Below are positions 50,383 to 63,305 of a stretch of DNA of 64,000 nt, piece by piece. The stretch is taken from the NCBI RefSeq assembly GCF_963921235.1, contig NC_086107.1:101558001-101622000 (forward strand), in the 5' to 3' direction. The position numbers were made by a program, and so were the translations under genes. Numbering within the stretch: position 1 is the first letter of the stretch; each line of letters starts with the position of its first letter. The stretch comes from Mobula hypostoma (Eukaryota). Under the pieces are notes generated by a model. That model saw only the letters and a list, made by a program, of their open reading frames with translations, did not search any database and was not told the origin of the DNA.

Positions 50383-52009
50383 GGAATGTGAGAAAGAGGA
50401 AGTACAATCATAGGGAGAAAGTTCAACCTTGACACAAACAGACCTAAAGCCAGGATTGAATCCAGAACTTTGGCACTGCACTGTCCATCCATCTCCCATC
50501 CAAAGTTGTGAGTTTTTGCTCCATTCTTAATATTTCTTCTACAGCAAACCTGCATCTCAGGAATCTGCACTCCATTCCTTCACATACACATACATACATA
50601 CATATTAGGAAGAGATGGAGCCCAAATACAGGTACTTAAAGTTCTCCACTAGTCTTTGTCTGCCACCTTGAGAAAGTCCCATTTGTTCCTATTTTGCTTA
50701 CTGTTTGACATTTATCAGTCCATGCCAGAACTTTATCAAAGGCCTTTCTACAAATACATATTCACACACATACTGCTTCTCTCTTACTTATTGTACTAGT
50801 TACATCCTCAAAATATACATTGGATTTGTCAAACACTATTTCATAAACATGATTTTGTCTCATTCTGTTGTTATTTTTCAATTGCCCTATTGTCATATCC
50901 CTTATAATAGACTCCAGCAATTTTCTTGCTTATGTTTTTAGGCTGTCCGGTCTTTATATTCCTCTCTCCTTTCTTTCTTTTAAATTTTGGGGTTACATTT
51001 TCGATACTCCGGGCTGCAGAAGCTGTTGCATAATCTACATAATTCTTGGTAATTAACAACCAATAAATCTACGATGTTAATGTCAACCCTTTTAGCAATC
51101 TGGGATGCAAATTATTAAATTTTGGAGATTATTTGTTTTCATTCCATTAATTTCATCACACATTTCCCCCCCCCCCCATACTGGTTTCCTTTAATTCCTT
51201 CTTTAGACTTTTAGTTTCTCTGGCATTCCTGGGACATTATTCATATCCTCTTTCCTGAGGTTGAAGCAAAGGATTTGGTCAATTGCTTTGCTGTTTCTTT
51301 GTTTCCCTGAAAAGCCTGCCCTTGGAGCATGGTGGTAGAAACAAGTGTTACCAATGAAGTACTACTGGCAAGCCCGATGAGTTCAATGAACATCAGAAGC
51401 CCTGCTCCTATCTTTTCTATTCAATGTCATGACCATTTCTTTCTTGACTCTTACAATGCCAATCTCCTGCTATCTGCTGAAGATTTATTTTAATATTTTA
51501 GTTATGCCTGCTGCCTCCACAGAATTTGCTGGCATTCTCTTTTTTTGTTTATAAATAATAACTTTTGAGTTTCTCTTTATGTTGACAGCTAATTTATTCT
51601 AAACACTATGATACCTTCTAGATCCCCTCTCCGTATTTGGAATGATTCTAAATTGTAGCATTATCCTTAAAATATAATATTCCTGTTGTTGTCATGTGTT
51701 AATATCTGTATTATTTCATGACTGAATTGCCTACACCTGTACTTATGCTTATCCTCAAGCTCTAACCTGAACCTACCCCTTAGACTCTTTTTGGGTAATC
51801 TCTCCTCATACTTCCTTTGGGCCAAAATCTGTTTTACCAGATTTGCCTCCATAACCACCTTTGGACACATCTCTACTTTAAAAGTGAACTGATATGGCTA
51901 GAGTTTGTTTATCTTGCTTGGATTTGCACCAGTATCCCAAGAACAACTAGTCTGCATATTACTTAGGGTACTTCATCTTATTAATGAAATAAAGCTATAA
52001 GAATGACTT

Positions 52010-52330
52010 CATTTATTTATAAGATTATGAGAGGCATAGGTGAAGTAGACAGACAGTATCTTTTTTCAAGGGTATGCACTTAAGGTGAGAGGGAGCAATT
52101 TCAAAGGAGATGTGATTGGCAAGTTTTTTTTTTACACAGGGAATGGTGGGTCCCTGGTGTGGTAGAGGCAGATACATTAGGGACTTTTAAAAGATGTTTA
52201 GATAGGCACATGAATGTGAGGAAAATGGAAGGATATGGACATTGTGTGGACAGAGGGGGTTAATTTAGTTGGCCATTTGATTACTAATTTAATTTGGTTT
52301 GGCATCACATTGTAGGTTGTAGGGTCTGTT
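52010..52330 (+). mobile_element. CR1 3' fragment
   Basis: aagattatgagaggcatag...cctgtgctgtagttctatgt. Confidence 0.75.
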
Positions 52331-53169
52331 CCTGTGCTGTAGTTCTATGTAATGGTTCTTTTGTCTATATATTTGTTAAACATGTTGGTTATTCTATTGC
52401 ATAAAGCGTTTTGAAAAATAAAACCTGGTATCTTTACAATATGAACTGCATGACAAAGAAATAATCTAACATAAATCATAAACTAAATTTAAGGGAATAT
52501 AACCACTAGTTCATAAAAAAGTAGCAAGTTTAAGTTATTATGCAAATATGGCAAATGCTGTCAGAATATACTTTCAAAATCAGTGAAATCATTAATAAAA
52601 TAAAAACCAGGAGTCAGGACTTATTTAGACATTCATATAATATGATTATAGTTGAAAATGAAAGGGTAATAATGAAGACATTTGCAGATGATTCAAAAAA
52701 ATTGCCAGTGGTTGAGATTGAGAAGTTAAGGTTCGGATTGTAGCTGTCACCTTTGAGTTTTGAAAGTTTGCCAGAATTCACAAGCCATTACTGAAAGAAA
52801 TTGAGATACAGATTGGAAATAGCTCTTATGGAATTTGTATGTAAGAAAAAATAAATATCAAACTTTTTTTCAACTTTCATTTCTTGACATGTGTAAATGG
52901 CCTGGTGTCATGTTACAGAAAATCACGATGTGGACGATTTTCTAAGAATACAAGCACCCCCCCCCCCCCGATTGCATGCCCTCGATTACATGGAGGTTGC
53001 CTGCACAGGACATCCAAATATTCAGTCAACTAGGCAAAAACTGGCCCTAATGCAGTTTTTCTTCTTAAGTTGTTTTTCAAGCTGTTGCTAGGTTCCAGAA
53101 ACCTCTGTTTTGATCAAGGTCACACAGCATAGAAACATAAAATCTTAGTATAATTTCTGGAGAAATCAG

Positions 53170-53568
53170 TGTCTGGGTAGTCTCCAGCCCCTTGGTATGA
53201 ACATTGAATTCTCCAACTTCCGGTAATTCCCTCCCCCTCCCGTCCCCCATCCCAGTTTCACTCTGCCCCCTCCCCCATTGCCTATCACCTCCCTCATGGT
53301 TCCGCCTCCTTCTACTATCCATTGAGCTTTCCCCTATTCCTTCTTCACCTTTCCTGCCTATCCCCTCCCCCACCCCTTTATCTTTCCCCTTACTGGTTTT
53401 TCACCTGGCACCTACCAGCCTTCTCCGTCCCACCCTCCCCCTACCTTCTTTATGGGACCTCTTCCCCCTCCCTCTCCAGTCCTGACGAAGGGTTCTGGCC
53501 CGAAACGTTGACTGATCGTTTCTACGGATGCTGCCCGACCTGCTGAGTTCCTCCAGCATGTTTTGAGT
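53170..53568 (+). mobile_element. Penelope-like element 3' end, same subfamily as 15085-16380
   Basis: LGSLQPLGMNIEFSNFR*, pyrimidine-rich UTR, hammerhead motif, gctgcccgacctgctgagttcctccagc. Confidence 0.9.
53477..53514 (+). ncRNA. Minimal type I hammerhead ribozyme motif (intact)
   Basis: Stem I CAGTC/GACTG, core CTGACGA with extra A, stem II GGG/CCC, GAAA, palindromic stem III AACGTT, predicted GUU cleavage triplet. Confidence 0.72.
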
Positions 53569-54789
53569 TATTCTCTTGTGCATCTTCCTAGACACATGTC
53601 CCTCAAACCTATTCTTCCCTTAGTGTGCTCTGGAATATCATGCTCAATGGTATACTGTATTCATCCACCACTATCCCCTATTTTCCCTCATCCTCCACGC
53701 GTTTGTTCAACCCACAGTTCTTTGCTACTTAGCAGAAAGGTAATAAGGTGTCCCTATCCTGCAGAAAAGGCTTGTTTGTTCAAGATCTGATCAATAACAC
53801 AAAATGCCTTGAACCTTGTGGAGCTTAAAATGTTCTCCCTTAAAAGATGTCCCTTAAAAAATATTGTTTGCTTACTGAGTTTACCTTCTTAATTCCATGG
53901 GTTTTGATTGTTCTATTTCGCCTAGCATATGGAACTGATCAATGAGCTGACGTTTGCTCATTTTAAGCACAGGGCCAGATTGAAAAGGTCAGAGTATCGG
54001 GGTCAGAAGTGAGGCATGGGCTGGGGTTCAACTCGCTGCTTGGCAAGGTTTACTTGTCACTGCGCTGAATTGAGGCTGTGGCCTGCAACTAATAAGCTCT
54101 TGGACTGGCTGCAGTGATGAACTCCCTTTGTGGTTGTGGACTCACATTTGAGAACTTTAGTTTAACTTTAACTTTAACTGAGTGTTACTGTTTTTTTAAA
54201 TTTTTTTTTACTGTTTTTTATCCTCTACATGATTTAGTCTTTTTTCGGTCTTTGGGTGTTTAACAGTCTTTTTTAATGGGTTCTATAGGGTTTCTTTGTT
54301 TTGTGGCTGCCTACAAGAACACGAATTTCAAGGTTGTACATAGTGTGCATACTTTAATAATAATTGTACTTTGAACATTGTCAAGAATCATTTTAAGGGC
54401 CATATTTGCATGATCAGCTGTATTTCCTTATTAGTGCTTTTGCCCACCTCATCAAAAAAATTTAATTTGCTTTTAACAAAATCTGCTGAACTTCCCTTAT
54501 GAATCTCTGCTTGGTTAAATATGGTGCTAGGTTATTGTTTATGGAAATTCCACCACGAAGCATCATTGTTTCTGGGGTTATCCTTATGTTCTTTTCAGAC
54601 TAGAGTGTCAAGTGCTTACAATCGTTCTAACACTTGTTCATTAACATTTTATAGATTATTCAGTATCTATCTGAATAACATCTCTGTGTACTATGACTCA
54701 CAATTGGAGAAAATTGTTATGAGTGCATTAGGAATTTGAGTACAATCTATTGATTTGCAGGACACAAATTAATTTCATATGTGGATGGC

Positions 54790-55170
54790 ACTTGCATGCA
54801 TATAGCTCCTTGCATAACCTTTGGGCATACCAAAGCATTTTACAACCAAAGAAACACTTCTGTTGTCACTGTTGCAATGTATGAAACATGGCAGGAACTT
54901 TCACAGATTAAATTACAATTACTGTACAATGTGATAATGACCTGTTAATTTGTACTGAGTAAGGTAGCAAATGTGATGTTGATGAAGAATAAATATCATC
55001 TGGGATACTGGCACTAATTCAACTGTTTTTTTAATGAAATAACATTGGATAATTCAGTCCACTGAAGAAAGCACACTGCACCTTACCTGAATGTTTCCTA
55101 GGTAAGGAGAAACTTTCGAAAATGAACTCCTAAGTTGTCTAGCTTCACCACTCACAGACTTGCCCTGAGT
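54790..55170 (-). mobile_element. Deu-domain SINE remnant
   Basis: Reverse-complement similarity to the recalled SacSINE1/AmnSINE consensus (ccaaagcattttacaacc...gtcactgttgcaatgta...gtgatgttgatgaagaataaatat). Confidence 0.5.
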
Positions 55171-55438
55171 CAAATATCAAATCCCAATTAAATAAAGACA
55201 CATCACACTGGGTAAAGATTGTATTCGTTCACTGGGGTGCAGAAACAGAATCTCTGCTTATTATAGACAGTGATAGGACTTACAGGCCCTGCCATCATCT
55301 CTGAAGCATTCCACAGAATGCTTCTTCTAAGCCTACCCATTACTCAATAACATGATCAAAAGGTTATTCATATTTTGTCACCAACTGGACATCTATAAAA
55401 TATTCTTGAGATTATATAAGATTAACAATTAATTATAC

Positions 55439-55543
55439 CGTGATATAGGAGCTTGAAGTCAGTACTAGTCATTTCCTTGTGATGTTCAATTTTTATCTGT
55501 ACCAGGGAAAGGAGATCCAATACCAAAGATAGGCTCCTCTTTC
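55439..55543 (-). CDS. MEI1: MEI1 coding exon (GKRSLSLVLDLLSLVQIKIEHHKEMTSTDFKLLYH)
   Basis: Acceptor ttaatcag, donor G|gtataa; 105 nt, phase 1 to 1. Confidence 0.85.
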
Positions 55544-55544
55544 C

Positions 55545-55632
55545 TGATTAATTAAAAAAGTGATTAGAACATGATGATTAATTTAAAAAGTGATTAGAAC
55601 ACGATGATTCTTATAAATTGATGATTCTTATA
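55545..55632. repeat. Local tandem duplications (2 x 30 bp, then 2 x about 17 bp) adjoining a MEI1 acceptor
   Basis: tgattaattaaaaaagtgattagaacatga / tgattaatttaaaaagtgattagaacacga; gatgattcttata twice. Confidence 0.85.
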
Positions 55633-56074
55633 TATTACAGTGTGATGAATATGAAATAAATGACTCCATCTAATGAAAACAAAGGTTAAAACATTTGATT
55701 GTTAAATGTGATCTACAACTCCTGTTTTAGGGAAATTCCAGTGTGTCTTACAATGCAATGTACAAATTACATCACATTTGTGATGTTCTATCTGTCTAGA
55801 GGGTTTAGGCTAGCTTTGGTGTTAGTAAAAGGATCTACATCTACCTAGCTGTATGTGGGGAATTCCACATTCAGGTAGGCCCTAGAACATTCAAGAATGA
55901 TTTCAATATTACACGTGTACCAGTGAGACAGTCCTCTTTCTTCTTTGTTTGAAGTACTAACTTCCCATGTCATTCGTTTGCTCGAGGTGTGTGACGCAAG
56001 TACCCATCACCCAATGACAACCTTAAGGTAAATCCATCTCAATGGAAGATCACACAATAAAGTTTGAAATGTCT

Positions 56075-58400
56075 TAAGACCGTGAGAAATAGGAACAGAA
56101 TTAGGCTATTTGGCACCTTGAATCTGCTCCACCATTTCATCACGGTTGATCCAATTTTCCTCTCAGAGCCAACCTCCTGGCTTATCCCCATATCCCTTCA
56201 TGCCATGACCAATCAAAAATCTATCAACCTCTGCCTTAAATATAGACTTGGCCTCCACAGCAGTTTGTGGCAAAGAATTCCACAGATTCACCACTCTCTG
56301 GTTAAAGAAATTTTTCAACTCTGTTCTAAAGGGATGCCCCTCTATTCTAAGGCTGTATCCTCTGGTCTTAAACACTCCCACAACAGATAACATTGTCTCC
56401 ATATCCACTCTATCAAGGCCTTTCACCAATTGATAAGTTTCAATGAAGTCACCTCTCACTCTTCTGAATTCTAGTGAATACAGGTCCAGAGCCATCAAAT
56501 GGTCTTCATATGACAAGTCATTCAATCCTGGATTTTCATGAACCTCCTTTGAACCCTCTTCATTTTAGCACACCCTTTCTAAGATAAGGGGCCCAACACT
56601 GCTCATAAATCTCCAAGTGAGGCCTCACTAGTGCTTTATAAGTCTCAACATTACATCCTTGCTTTTATATTCTAGTCCTCTTGAAATGAATGCTAACATC
56701 ACATTTGCCTTCCTCACTGTAGACTCAACCTGCAAACTAACCTTAAGGGAATCCTGCACAAGGACTCTCAAGTCCCTTTGCGCCCCAGATTTTTGTATTT
56801 TCTCTCCATTTAGAAAATAGTCAACCTTTTCATTTCTTCTACCGAAGTGCAATGCCATACACTTCCCGCCACTGTATTCCATTTACTACTTCTTTGCCCA
56901 TTCTCCTAATTTGTCAAAGTCCTTCTGTAGCCCCTTTACTTCCTCAAAACAACCTGCCCCTCCACCTATCTACATATTCTCTACCAACTTTGCAACTAAG
57001 CCATCAATTCTATCATCCAAATCATTGACATATAATGTATAAAAGATCAGTCCCACCACAGACCCCTATGGAACACCACTAGTCACCAGCAGCCAAACAG
57101 AAAAGGCTCCCTTTATTCCCACTCTTTGCCTTCTGCCAATCAGCCACTACTTTATCCATGCTAGAATCTTTCCTGAGTTACCCTGGACTCATAGCTTGTT
57201 AAGCAGCCTTGTGTGGCACCTTGTGAAAATCCAAGTACATAACATCAACCAATTCTTCTTTGTATATCCTGCTTGTTATTTCTTCAAAGAATTCCAATAA
57301 ATTTGTCAGGCAAGATTTTCCCTTGAAGAAACCATGCTCACTACAGCCCATTTTATCATGTGCTTCCAAGTACCCTGAAACCTCATCCTTAATAATCGAC
57401 TCAACATCTTCCCAACCACTGTGGTCAGACTAACTGGCCTACAGTTCCATTTATTCTCCCTCTCTTCCTTCTTGAAATGTGGAGTGATGTTTGCAATTTT
57501 CCAGTCTTCCAGTTTTCCAGCCACCACTTTCAGAACACTAGGGTGTATACCATCTGATCCAGATGACTTATCTACCTTCAGAACTTTCAGTTTTCTAAGA
57601 ACCTTCTCTCTAGTTACGGTAACTTCACACACTTCATGACCCCTGACACCTGGAACTTCCACCATACTGCCAGTGTTTTCCACACTGAAGACTGATGTAA
57701 AATATTTATACAGTTCGTCCGCCACTTCCTTGTCCCAATTACTACCTCTCCAGCGGTCCAATATCCTCTCTGGCCTCTCTTTTACACCTTATGTACCTGA
57801 AGAAACTTTTGGTATGCTCTTTAATATATTGGCTAGCTTACTTTCATATTCCATCTTTAACTTCTTAATGACTTTTTTAGTTGCCTTCTGTTGGTTTCTA
57901 AAACCTTCCCAATCCTCTAACTTCCCACAGAGGAGATAAAATAGATTTTCTCTATTATATCCCCTCTCTTTGGCTTTTATGTTGGCTTTGACTTCTCTTG
58001 AAGTCACGGATGTATCATTGTGCCCTTAGAATAATTCTTCCTCTTTGGGATGTATATATCCTCTGCCTTCCAAATTGCTTCCAGAAATTCCAGCCATTGC
58101 TGCTCTGCCACCAACCCTGCCAGGGTTGTTTTCCAATTATTTCTGGCCAACTCCCCTCTCATGCCTTTGTAATTCCTTTTACTCCACTATAATACTGATA
58201 CATCTGACTTTAGCTTCTCCTTCTCATAGTTCAGGGTGAAGTTGATCATATTATGATCACTTTCTCCTGAAGGTTCTTTTTCCTTAAGCTATCTAATTGA
58301 TTCCAGTTGCTTACTCAACACCCATCTAGAATAGCTGATCTCCTAGTGGACTCAGCCATGAGCTGCTCTAAAAAGCCATCTTGAAGGCATTTTAAAAATT
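56075..58400 (-). mobile_element. CR1 LINE ORF2, degraded, about 2.3 kb
   Basis: KSSGSDGIHP, CRPVSLTTVVGK, HFGRRNEK, LYSLEFRR, QRVVNLWNSLP. Confidence 0.92.
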
Positions 58401-58619
58401 CCTCGTGTCGAGACTTAACCAAAGGAGAGCAACGTCAACACTCCCTGCTTACCATTGTCCTGGTTTGGGGAAAGAAGAAAATGGTTTGAAATGATATTGT
58501 TAAGGAATGGTATTTATTATTAAGCTACTACTGCCAAGCTGCTGTATTGGTGAAACCTTTAGTTTGAAAGTTCTAAATAATGTCCCTGCTGGCCTAGCGT
58601 TTACTGTTTTTCCTTTATT

Positions 58620-59330
58620 TCTGCACAGTTCCTATTAAAAGTCAGTGAATTGTTGATGGTCTTCAGTGTCTCTCTCGCTCTCTCTCTCAGCACTTGGGTC
58701 ATAGTTGCATATTCCTGTCATTCAGGTGCAATGATGGTCCAGTCCATCAATTCAAAGCATTCCTGTAAATGCTCCTCGAACTCCCTTGATCATACCTTCG
58801 CCATCCTCACTACTGGTGCTGCAGTCCTCCGTCTCCGCTTATACGCCAGGAGTAGAAATGCAGTCAGCTGAAGTGTATTTTCGGGATGGCACGGTAATCA
58901 TTCCTGATGGTGGTGTAACAGTGATAGTGTGTTGGTTCTTCAGGTTCCACAATAGATTTCTTCAAGCTAGCCTAGTTGAAGTCCCCAGCAATGACTGGGA
59001 AGGCATCAGGGTGTGCAGTCTTATGACTTCTGATCACAGTGCTCAGCTCCTCCAGTGCAGCTTGATATTTCCCTCGGTAGTGGAACATACACCACTACCA
59101 AGATGATGGCAGAGAACTGCCTCAGCACATAGAACAGATAACACTTGACCACCAGATGTTCCAGGTCAGGAGAGCTGAACTGAGACAGAAACGCTACATC
59201 TGTGCATGATGAGTTAATCATGAAGCAAGCGCCTCTGCTTTTACCTTTGCCTGATGCTTCCATCCAGTCCATGCAGTGGGAGGTGAAGTCGTCTAGCTTG
59301 TGTCCAGAGTGCAGGAATTGAGCCACGTCA
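58620..59330 (-). mobile_element. Rex1-type endonuclease region remnant
   Basis: ASGKGKSRGACFMINSS, SPDLEHLVVKC, ILVVVYVP. Confidence 0.7.
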
Positions 59331-59379
59331 TTTTTTTATTCATCAAGCTCTCTAAAATAGATGCTCTGGAAGATCAAAA

Positions 59380-60590
59380 CAGACTGACGTTTTCTGATCA
59401 GTTTTAATTCAATATTTCATTCAGTATAAAAGCTTCATTGGAACTCCAGAAGGGAAGTGAGAGTAACTGCCCTTGACATCAAGGCAGCATTTAACTGAGC
59501 ATGCATTAAAGAGCCCTGGCAAACCTGGAATCAATGGGAATTGAGGACAAAATCTCTGCTGGTTAGAATCATACCTAGTACAAAGGAAGATGGTTGTGGT
59601 AGTTGGAGGCCAATCATCTCAGCCACAGGATACCTCTGCAGGAGTTCCTCAGGGAGGTATCCTACCTAGGCTCAGCCATCTTCAGCTGCTTCATCAATGA
59701 ATTTCCTTCAGTCACAGGGTCAGAGGTGGGATGTTTGGCTGATGTTCTGCACCATTTGCAACTTCTCAGGTAATGAAATGGTCCAAACCAAATGCAGCAA
59801 AACCTGGATAATATCCAGACTTGAACTGATAGGTACCAAGTAACATTCACACCACACAAGTGTCAGGTAATGATGATCTCCAACAAGAGAAAATCCAACT
59901 ACCATTCCCTGAGATTCAATGACTTTACTCTCTCTGAAATCCCCTTATTGATATGCTGAGGATTACCATTGAGTAGATATTGGAGTAGCCATATATAAAA
60001 TGGGGCTACAAGCGTAGGTCAGAAGCTACGAATTCTGTGCCAGGTCCCAAGTCACTCATCTCCTAACTGCTTAAAGTCTATTTGCCATCTACAAGGCTCA
60101 AGTCTAGTGTCTGCTGAAATACATTCCACCTGCAAGAATTGAAGGCTTCAACAACACTCAAATAAAATCAGCACCATACAGGACATAGCAGTCTGCTTAA
60201 TAGGCATCTCAGCCACATTCACTAACTCACTCTAACATTGATATACAGTAGCAGCAATTTAGACCATCTACTTGATCCACTGCAGAAACGCACTAAAACT
60301 CCTTATACAGGACCATCCAAGCCCATGGCCTCAACAAGCAAGAAGGACATGGGAAACAAAAACAATGGAACTCCACCATCCTGACTTGGAAATATATCAG
60401 CATTCCTCTGCTGTTACTTGGTCAAAATCCTGGAACATTTTCCTTTCCAGTTTTGTGGGCATAACAACACCTCAAGACTGCAAGGGTTCAAGAAGGTAAC
60501 TCAACATCACTTTGTTAAGGGCAACTAGGGACTAGCAATTAAATGCTAGCTCAGTCTGCAAAGCCCAGATCTTTTGAATGAATATAAAAC
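59380..60590 (+). mobile_element. CR1/L2-group LINE RT and 3' UTR, degraded
   Basis: VTALDIKAAF, WLESYLVQRKMVVVVGGQSS, AGVPQG and GMFG remnants. Confidence 0.75.
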
Positions 60591-60694
60591 TACAAACCTA
60601 AATTAATTAATATAATCTTCATTTAACAGGCAAATACTAATGGTGAAGATTACAGCTATTTAAAATCAACCATTAATTTAATATTACAACTTAC

Positions 60695-60863
60695 CTTTGG
60701 AAGCCTGTATATTATTTTCTATTGTGAACCGTTGAAGTATCTGGAGAAAGCGAGGTTGAAGCAAGTAAGAAGTAGGAACCATGTTGTCACTTTTCCTCAG
60801 GAATGATTTCAAAGTCAGCAATGCCTTTAAAGCTAACTCATTCTCTTCAGTATGGACTATATC
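60695..60863 (-). CDS. MEI1: MEI1 coding exon (DIVHTEENELALKALLTLKSFLRKSDNMVPTSYLLQPRFLQILQRFTIENNIQASK)
   Basis: Acceptor ttttctataag, donor G|gtaagt; 169 nt, phase 0 to 1; open frame. Confidence 0.85.
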
Positions 60864-61249
60864 CTTATAGAAAAGATACCATATTTTGTATTATAACATA
60901 GAAAATTCATAACCTTTACAAGCAGTCCCTAGGTTACATAAGGGTATTATTCCCCCATACCATCCTTAAGGCAATTTCTCCATTTCAGAAACACCCATTT
61001 CTCTTCTAAATGCACATGCTGTAATTCTTTCCCTTCTTTGAATAATTACCTTAATACTACCCATAATTAAACTAATGGAATATGTACTGCATCTAGTCAT
61101 TAAGGAATACCATAAAAACATTTCATCATTATTAAGCTTGAAACATATTTTTAAAATGTATTGCAAAAAAATTGCATAGCTGGAATTCCATAAGTCAGCT
61201 CACACAATTGTAACCCGGGGAGTCCCTATATGTGGAATCCCAAAGTTTA

Positions 61250-61545
61250 CAGCCAGATTTGGGAACAGCTTCTTTCCAATTGTGATAAGACTGCTGAATG
61301 GCTCCTGACCCAAATCTGGGCCATACCCTCCAAACATCAGGACCTGCCTCTCGGTTGTTTTGCACTACCTTACTTCCCATTTTTCGATTTTCTATTTATG
61401 ATTTATAATTTAAATTTATAATATTTACTTATTTTAACTATTTTTAATATTTGTAATCTAGGGAGTGGGAAGCGCAGAATCAAATATCACTGTGATGATT
61501 GTACGTTCTAGTACCAATTGTTTGGCGACAATAAAGTATAAAGTA
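61250..61545 (+). mobile_element. Rex1/Babar 3' UTR fragment
   Basis: Matches 25860-26120; tail caataaagtataaagta. Confidence 0.82.
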
Positions 61546-62127
61546 TCTTCATTTAAAAGTTGATCTATTTTGGATCCTTTTTATCAAGCACAGTGCAATG
61601 AAAATAAAAATCAAAAATACCAACCTTGAAGAAATTCTAATCTGCTCTCTGGTGGGAATTCATTCTGTTCCTCAAGTCTGTGCTTTTATGCACTAATACA
61701 ATAAGGCATAACTCAAGGTTGAGGACACCTCATCTTCTGTCAGGACAAGTTGCAGCCTTCTTTAAGATTAAATTCTTCATATAACTTGCTCTTTCCTTCT
61801 GCTATCATTATTTTGATTGTTTTTTATTCTATTCATATAATCTGCCCTCCGGCATTTTCCATAGACACGCTTATTAACAACACATTATACTGACAAAGAA
61901 ATTTAATATGCTTTTAACTGCCTTACCCATTTGGTCTCACCCTATCAGAGATATACCCTGTGTTCTATCTATCCCCACCAACTCCTCTGCTACCGAAAAC
62001 TAATTTGTTTTTCTCTCTTGACGACTTCTGATGAAGGGTTCTGGTCATGAATTGCTAACTGGTTTTCTTTTCAGATGATGTATTACTTGCTGTATGTTTC
62101 CTGCATTTTTAATTTTATTACGTTACA

Positions 62128-62428
62128 ATTTATTTATTTATATAGAGATACGGCATGGAGTAGGCCCTTCCAGCCATTTGAGCCACACTGCCCCAGCAAC
62201 TCCTGATTCAACTCTAGCCTAAACGTGGGACAATTTACAATGACCAATTAACCTACCAACCAGTACATCTTTGGACTGTGGGAGGAAACTGAAGTGCCTG
62301 GAGAAATCCCATGCATTCCACAGGAAGGACATACAGATTCTTTACAGATGACGTAGGAATTGAACTCTGAACTCAAACACTCCAGTTATAATGGCATTGC
62401 GCTGACTGCTACACTACCGTGGTGCCCC
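62128..62428 (-). mobile_element. tRNA-derived V-SINE
   Basis: Reverse complement reads gggcaccacggtagtgtagcagtcagcg (A box), gagttcaattcc (B box), V core tttcctcccacagtccaaaga, (aaat)n tail. Confidence 0.82.
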
Positions 62429-62689
62429 AATCACATCTGTAGATGAATCATATCTACTGTGCTGTGATCAGAAAAAGATCATGAAGAATCACGTAGTATC
62501 CAATAGACACATCTCGCCAAGTAGGTTAGGCAAAAGACTATTACTAATCAGTTTGTTACTTGTAGATATCAGTAAAAAGAAGCTAACCATATTATATGCT
62601 GCAAAATTGATCTCACTTAGTCCCTCAACACTACCCCTGTAGTCAAGAAACCACAGTAGCATCTTCACTTCCTGAGGAGATTGAGGCGA

Positions 62690-63305
62690 ATAAGGCTCCC
62701 CCAACCCACCCCCATTCTAGCCACTATTTTAACAGGAGCACCATTAAGAGTGTCTTAACCAGCCGCATCACCGTCTGGTATGGGAATTGCAAGGAATATG
62801 ACAGCCAGACCCTACAAAGGGTTGCAAAGACTGCTGAGAGGATCATTGGGGTCTCTCTTCCATCCATCAGAGATATTTATCAGGAGTGCTGCATATGCAG
62901 AACCCTTAGCACTGTCAAAGATCACTCTCATCTGTTCCACAATCTCTTTGAACCACTACCATCATGCAGTAGATACCATAATACTAGGACAAGAACACTT
63001 ACGATGGGAAACAACCTCTTTCCCCAGACCATGAGACCACTGATCTCCCTGCCACCACCCAGGGTTCATCACACATGAAGCGCCAGTAGCGTTCTGATGT
63101 TTACTTTTTGACGTGTCATAAATGTACCTTGTGCTAAATGTTAATCTTGTGGAATATGCTCTATTATTTATTAATTTATTTGAGGCAATATTCATTTATG
63201 TGTTGTATGTGAGTTATATGTCTCGTGCTGTGCCCATTGGTCTGGAGGAATGTTGTTTTGTTTGGCAGTATACTTTACATGGATACGGTTAAACTTGAAC
63301 TTTGT
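62690..63305 (+). mobile_element. Rex1-type 3' fragment
   Basis: TIKSVLTSRITVWYGNC remnant and tail ttaaacttgaac. Confidence 0.65.

Larger units (their letters stand above)
6596..60863 (-). other. MEI1: MEI1 (meiosis inhibitor 1) gene span, 3' portion, 11 coding exons; 5' part outside window
   Basis: Eleven minus-strand exons with GT-AG boundaries and matching phases join into one ORF. Motifs such as SQPWSRFLLFTL, CLEALVEYL, DILQPAFNFFY and LMELLEK resemble the recalled human MEI1 C-terminal region (SQPWNRFLLFTL, CLEALLDYL, DILQPSFNFLY, LMELLEK). Confidence 0.9.

Noticed and set aside
51167..51177. Poly-C runs here and at about 52957-52969
   Set aside because: Simple homopolymers with no supporting structure.
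53077..53170. Exon-like peptide ISPEIILRFYVSMLCDL
   Set aside because: The flanking exons already join in frame and appear collinear with MEI1; no good splice sites.
62489..62704. Possible further upstream MEI1 exon
   Set aside because: No convincing acceptor/donor pair in phase 0 and no similarity to the expected MEI1 segment; partly Rex-derived.
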